A DNA stretch of 56,940 nt from Geosiphon pyriformis uo1. Its lineage: Eukaryota; Fungi; Glomeromycota. The notes beneath the pieces are model-generated. The model was not told where the DNA came from. It did no database searches and saw nothing but the letters and a program-made list of their open reading frames with translations. The translations under genes and the position numbers were made by a program. Below are positions 50,680-56,940 of the stretch, one piece after another (within the stretch, counting starts at the first letter, position 1; each line of letters begins with the position of its first letter). The stretch spans positions 1-56,940 of the forward strand of contig JAAOMT010000467.1 of the NCBI GenBank assembly GCA_016748015.1, given 5' to 3'.

Positions 50680-51720
50680 TACCGTGTGTGTGTGTGACAA
50701 AAAAAATTAACTTTGCAAATCGATCACGGTTCCACGAAAGCACACGAATTCATATAATTAATATTTTATTAAAAATTAATGCGCAATTTTTTGCCTTTGC
50801 TATTGATAATCAACTTGACAACCTCACAATATTGAATTTATTAAATTGATTAGCAAGATTTTGATAAAAAGAATTCCATTATTCAATCATATATTGCTCC
50901 AAATCATCCATATTTTGTGACATTTATTTTTTTACTTTACGTTTAACAATTGCCCATAGACTTTTCAATAAAATTTAGATGCTTAATACATTGACAACCA
51001 GTTAATAACTTCGAGTACATTTTCCGCAAGAAACTTCTTGGCTACTCGATTTGTATACTGGGGATTGTTATCCTGTTAAAAGCTTTACTTCTTCCCAATT
51101 ATTTCATTAATATCTCCAACATGTTGCCGCAAAAATTTCAATATAAAACTTAGAATCCATGTTACACCAAAAACAAAACAAGGTGGTTTTGCCCTTCATA
51201 CAAAAACCACTCCATGAAAAAATTCTTGTAAAATCTTTTGATCTTGGACAAATTGGCCCTTGTAACAATGTTTAATTGTGTTTGGAAATAGTTGAAATGC
51301 TGTCTCATCCGAAAGTAAGGTTTTTCCCAGTTATTATTATTAAAATGAAATTTTTCTCATTGAAACATTTCTGCTTTTGAACTTCCGTGAAGATTAGTGT
51401 AGTGATTGGCAAATTTTTCATATATTTAAATAATTTCAAATGTTTGCCAATTGTCCCATATAAAATATTTACTCCTCTGTATTTAGTTTAATAAAGAATT
51501 CTTATGAATATATTATCCTACTTTTTTCAATATATATTTGCAATTTTCTTATGACAATCATTACAACCTTTGTACTCAATTTTTCCAACTTTTTGAAATT
51601 CTATCGTCCATTTTGAGATAGGCAGTTTCGTAATTTTAGTTAATTTTAGAACAAAACGTTTTACCTTCACTCCACAAAGAAATCTAACTTTTGCTTATCA
51701 TATTCTTCAACCTATTTATT
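50680..51720 (-). mobile_element. Tc1/mariner transposon, decayed copy A
   Basis: - strand LLSDETAFQLFPN (~51310), QDNNP (~51070), degenerate LWAIVKRKV; colinear with the copy at 56190..56940. Confidence 0.8.
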
Positions 51721-51899
51721 TCCAATGTGAGTTATAAACAAACCTACAAATTAATTCAAATTTAGAAATAGTGGAAATGAAGCCTGACACATGAAATTTT
51801 ATTTGAATTTCATTTAATTAGAATTGAATAAAAATTGAAAAAGTCATAGACTGTAATACAAAATGTTTCAAAAATTTATTCTCTCGAGAAGTTGCATTT

Positions 51900-54800
51900 G
51901 ACAAGATTATCTTATGATTTATTTCTCCATGACTAATTTTCTGTAATAAATTTATGGTAAATACTTTTGCATACCAAAAGAACAATTACTAAATTTTATA
52001 TTCCAACCAATACAAAAAAAAGATGCAATCACCATTTCTGTTAATATAACCAAAAAAAACAACAACCAAAGAAGTTCTCTCAATAGTAAAAGCAACTAGA
52101 CAAAACATTGGAAAAGTGGTTTCTTAATTGTTACAGATTTAGACAATCTTTGGTTGTCATTTAATCAATTTTTTTTATTGGCTTTTCTGTAAGTGTTCTA
52201 TTGAAAAAATTTATTAGAAGCAGTTTTGATATTTTTTTTACTGCCAAAAAAATCCAAATGCTAGAAATATTAAATCAGCAGCCAAATTTTTTTTCTACTA
52301 AAAATAACTTCAACAAAAATAGCAAGAAAAACCAATTTTTTTTTGAAAAATAAGGTTTTGGTTTTTTTGTTAATTCCTGGTTTTATTAATAAGAATTAGT
52401 TTCAATTTAGTTTTAAACAATAATGTTTTTTTAATTTGAATACTAATAACATTAATGTGTTTATTAAAATAAATAAAAACTAATATTTGGTTGTATTACC
52501 TAATATAATTATTTTTGGCTAATCTTTACTTATTGAAAAAGCTATGTTTTAGCATACACTCTTATTCAATCAACAAATAATGTTAGTTACTCTAAAAAAT
52601 TGTATTAATGTTATGAGAAATGAAATAATATTTTTTTTTTAATATTGTTGGATTTTTTATTACCAGTTATCAAAAAATTTTCGAATAGGTGATTTTTATT
52701 TTGGTGCCGATTACTTTATCAAAAATTAAACTAAGTTATATGAAAATTATTTTTTAGTTACTGTTTGGTTTTTTTGGTTTCAAAATAATTATTAGCACAA
52801 TAAAAAATTGGTTTATATTCTAAAATTTTGTAGATATTGCCACCAAAGTTGAATTTATTGATTTACTTTTTTATTAAATTTTAAATTGTTTAGTTTGCTG
52901 CAATTTTAAATCAGTTTTTATTTTGCTATTATTGTTCTTAATAATATTTTGGAAGTATTTAATTTCAGTTAATTTAGGTTTAACTTATTAAAAAAAGACA
53001 TATTAAGATTTTTTTATTAAATTAAAGAAAAATTATTATCTTAAAAATACTTTTAAGACTGAATTAATTAATCTTTTTTTGGCTTTACAATTTATAAAAT
53101 TAATAATAATAATTTAAATTTATAATTAAATTTGTGATTATTAATGCTATTACAAATACAAAAATTTAAATTATTTGTAAAACTTTTTTTTGATTTCAAT
53201 AAAGTATTTTTAAAGCACTAATACTAAAAAAAACTTTTAAACTCATTAATCAGTTCTGTTTTATATGGTTAAACTGTTGGTTAATTTGTTGTACTATTTG
53301 TAAATATTTTGGTAAAATCTAATAAAAAAACAAAATAAAACTTTGTTTTAATAAAAAATATAGGTTTAATATTTTATTTTAGTAATATTAATGTTTGTTA
53401 AAATTGTTGATTTTTTGCTAAAAAGCTGAATTTGTTTTAATTTAATATTTGTAAAAAAAATAAATTGTATTTAAAAAGCTTGGATGTTAATTTATTTTTA
53501 AATTGTATTAAAATAATTAAAAGTGTAGTTATACATATTTCTAAGATATATAAAAAATTGGAAGTATTATGAACATTTTAACTATAATATTTGATATTTT
53601 TATTATTAAAAATGACTTTAATATAATTTATTACACAGTGAAATAAAACAAAATATTATAGTCTATAAACTAAAGTATGTGATAAACTAATGTTTAAAAA
53701 AAGCGTATTGTTGTAAAATAGTTTTGATTGTTTCAAGTAGTTAATTTCATACATAAAATGGATGATTTATATTTATTATATATGTACTGTAACATGAATT
53801 GTAAAAGAACTACATTTAATAAAGCAATAAAAAAATCAAAGAAATTATATTAATTTTGTTTTATATAATTATCTTAAAATTTTTTATTTTGTATTATATT
53901 TCTTTAAATACCCATCTTAACTTATTGTTCATTTAACTAAAGATTATATTATGAAGTAGTCTTAAACATTTAGAATTATCTTCTAAATAGACTTGTTATA
54001 AATTTGTTAAATAGTATAAAAAACCAGGCTTTAAGATTAATATTAATTATATTCTGCATTAAAATTAAAAATTTTTATCTAATTTAAAATAAACAAAATT
54101 ATTTCTTTTAAAGTATTATATTAATATAAAAATTACAAAATAATTTATTTATCAATTATTTTTACTAAAATTGATAATAAAAATTTTATTAATAAAATTT
54201 TTATATTTATCTTAATAATAACAATTAAATTTAATATTTATATTAAAATAAAAATTATTATAACTAACAAAAAATTATTACAAAAAGAAAAAAAATTAAT
54301 TGTACAAAAATTTTAAAACTTATTATTATTATTATTATTAAATATTTGATTTTTATATTGGTTAATTTAATTATAAAATTTGAATTTGAATCTCAAAATC
54401 AATTAAATTTATGATCTAATAGTGTTAATATTTATTTAATAATTAATAAAATCCTTTTTATTTAGTAATTAATATTAACTTAAATTGTTTTTAATTTTTG
54501 TTTATATGCAACTCCTTTTTTTAAAATTAATTATTAAATTAATTAATAACTTTCTTATAAATCTAGTTATTAACTCTTTTTATCAGAAATATAAAAAAAA
54601 ATGACTTTTAATGTTGTTGAAAACCATTAATAAATAAATTTTATTATTTTAGCGTTAACAAATATTATTATTTTTTCTCTTTCTTTCTTTCTTTCTTTTT
54701 CTTATAATTTTTTATTTAAAACTAAGACACTTACTCTTATAATAATTGCTTGTGAAAGGAATATTAAATAAATATTAACTTATTAAATTTTAAATGTTTT

Positions 54801-54900
54801 AATTGGAACATAAAATTATAACAGCTATATTATCTTTTAATTACGATTACAAATTATTTTTACACTTTTCACGTTTCTCTTTTTAGAAATCGATATATTA
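51900..54900. repeat. AT-rich, CG-depleted tract of decayed repeat DNA
   Basis: No credible ORF; shares an inverted segment (core 53798..53816) with 16267..16285. Boundaries are approximate. Confidence 0.55.
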
Positions 54901-56189
54901 AAATTAAAATTATTACAAAATCAAATATTATGTTGATTATATTTTATATAATATCTTGTATTCATCGGGAAATAAGCACTACTTAATCGACACGAAAGAA
55001 TACTATATTATCATAATTAAAAAGACATGATCTAAGAAGTATTTGGATTGAAAATAAAAAAATTAAAGCCGATAAATTTTTTAAGCTAGTAAGATTTTTG
55101 TTGTCAATGAAAACAAAATTCGTAAAAGATCAGTAACCAAATTTTTTTTGCAAAATTATTAACATTAAACCGAGATGAGTTTGCCCACTTTTGATATTCA
55201 AATTTTTGGAAAATATTTAATATAAACAAATCAAAGAAAATTTGAACTCTATCTTCAAAACTTGTTTCTAATTCCGTTTTAAATAAGTTAAATATATATT
55301 TTTTCTGTTTGTTTCTTAAAGTGCAAATACACCTTTTTTATGCCAAAACTTGCTTATAAATATTTCTGCACGCCTTAATTGGTAATATCTGTTTTGTATA
55401 AAATTGGACTATACTTAATAAGATTTTTTTTAAAATAAAATTGGCTGGCTTCAATTAAATTCGTCACTAAATATCGGATAGACCATACTTTTAATTTCAA
55501 CAATTTTGGAAATAAATACTTTAAGTCTCAATTTTTTATTAGTCGAATTTTATTTAAAGTTATTTTGTTTGGAGTCGCGTCTTTGATGTGGGAATCGCTT
55601 ATATTCAGAATTTGCGATTGATTCGAAATATCCATGTTCCACATGATGATTTCCAAACTGAAAATAGATATGCCAAAGGGAAGTCATTACAGGAAGCGGT
55701 GATAGTGATCACGATCCGGTATTAAAAACATGACTAAAAAACAACAATGACCAACAATAATTACAAACTAGTTTATTTCCCAATTTATAAAGAGAAAACA
55801 TCGATTATAACACTAATGTGACAAAAACTACATTTTAATCAAAAACTTTCGATTTTATGAATATATGCAATGCAAATATAGTAACAAGCAAATTTAATTA
55901 AAAATGGATCCTTTGGGAAAAGCATTTCTTGTTATATGTTCCTCCGATTTTCACATATAAATAATCTGCTGTAAAAAGAAAGATTAATTTAAGCGTATCG
56001 AAAATTCTATTTGGATTTCTTTATTAATTGAAAAATATCAATTTTTTATTTTTTTTTCAATTATGCCTTTTTAAATATAAGCTTGAAGAGAAAAAATTCT
56101 TTTCATAAATTGTGGAAAATTGATAATAATTTGAAAGTTCAATTTAATTTATAAATCAAATTTAGAAATTAGCTTTATTCATACACAAT

Positions 56190-56940
56190 ATGAGACAAAA
56201 AAAAATTAACTTTACAAATCAATCACAGCTCCAACTAATCATTTAATTAGTATATTTTTAGAAAGACCAAAAGCTATTCATTTTATTAATATAAAATTTA
56301 ATATGTAATATAATATGCAATTTTTCCCTTTCGATAATCAACTCGCAACGCCGTAACATTGAATTTATTAAATAAATTAGCATTGTTTTTGGCAAAAAAT
56401 TCCATTCTTCAACCATATATCGCTGCAAATCATCCATATTTTGCGGCCTTCATTTTTCTAATTCACGTTTAATGATTACCCCATAGATTTTCAAGAGGAT
56501 TTAGATCCAGACTACACGACAACCAGTCAATAACTTCAGTTACATTTTAACTACTCGACTTCTATGCTTGAGATTGATTATCTTGTTAAAAGCACTTCTT
56601 CCCAAGCATGTCATTAAATTTTCCAATATGTTGTTGTAAAATTTCAATGTAAAACTTAGTATTCATAATACGCGGAAAACCACCCTTACAAAAAATATTT
56701 CTACGGATCTTTTGGTCTTGGACGAATTGACCGTTTTCCCTTGTACCAATTTTCATTTGCGTTTGGGAACACTTGAAATGCTGTTTCATCTAAAAATAAG
56801 GTTTTTTTCCAGTCAGCATTAAGATGAAATTTGGGCCATTCAACAACTTTCCTACTTTTGAACTTGCATGGGTATTGATGTATTAATTGGTAGATTTTTT
56901 ATATATCCAAGTGATTTTAAATGTCCCCTGCCAGTTGTGT
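56190..56940 (-). mobile_element. Tc1/mariner transposon, decayed copy B (same family as 50680..51720), truncated by the window edge
   Basis: - strand DETAFQVFPN, FYIEILQQH, QDN, DLNPLENLW. Its end sequence gacaaaaaaaattaactttacaaatcaatcac matches gacaaaaaaaattaactttgcaaatcgatcac at ~50697. Confidence 0.85.

Noticed and set aside
1-56940. CRISPR array, rRNA/tRNA, prophage or bacterial insert
   Set aside because: No repeat-spacer array, structured RNA signature or operon-like gene density seen; the genes have spliceosomal introns or belong to eukaryotic families. A tRNA could be missed by eye.

Overview
Eukaryotic, very AT-rich fungal DNA with short spliceosomal introns and no operons, rRNA, tRNA or CRISPR. 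The gene set points to a Glomeromycotina (arbuscular-mycorrhizal-type) fungus, possibly Geosiphon-like; this is inference only. That set comprises two BTB-BACK-TLDc genes, a MATA-type HMG box, class-3 lipase-like genes, a CAP gene, decayed Tc1/mariner elements and a LINE 3' end. Reconstructed intact genes: two complete and one window-truncated ubiquitin-like/ADP-ribosyltransferase (Ubl-ART) fusions, two BTB-TLDc genes, an ISC1-like sphingolipid phospholipase C (5 exons, one GC-AG intron), an HMG-box gene, a GPI-anchored Ser/Thr-rich protein, a lipase-3 homologue lacking its catalytic Ser, a bacterial-type CAP protein and two orphans. Between them lie multi-kb C/G-depleted tracts of decayed repeats. 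The most notable signal is the Ubl-ART family: an unrecognised ~75-aa leader, a ubiquitin-like domain with intact L-R-x-R-G-G, and a PARP/NEURL4-type H-Y-E ART domain. It occurs three times here, shows signs of duplication, partial homogenisation and active-site variation, and one copy lies next to the pseudo-lipase. All calls were made by eye without database searches.
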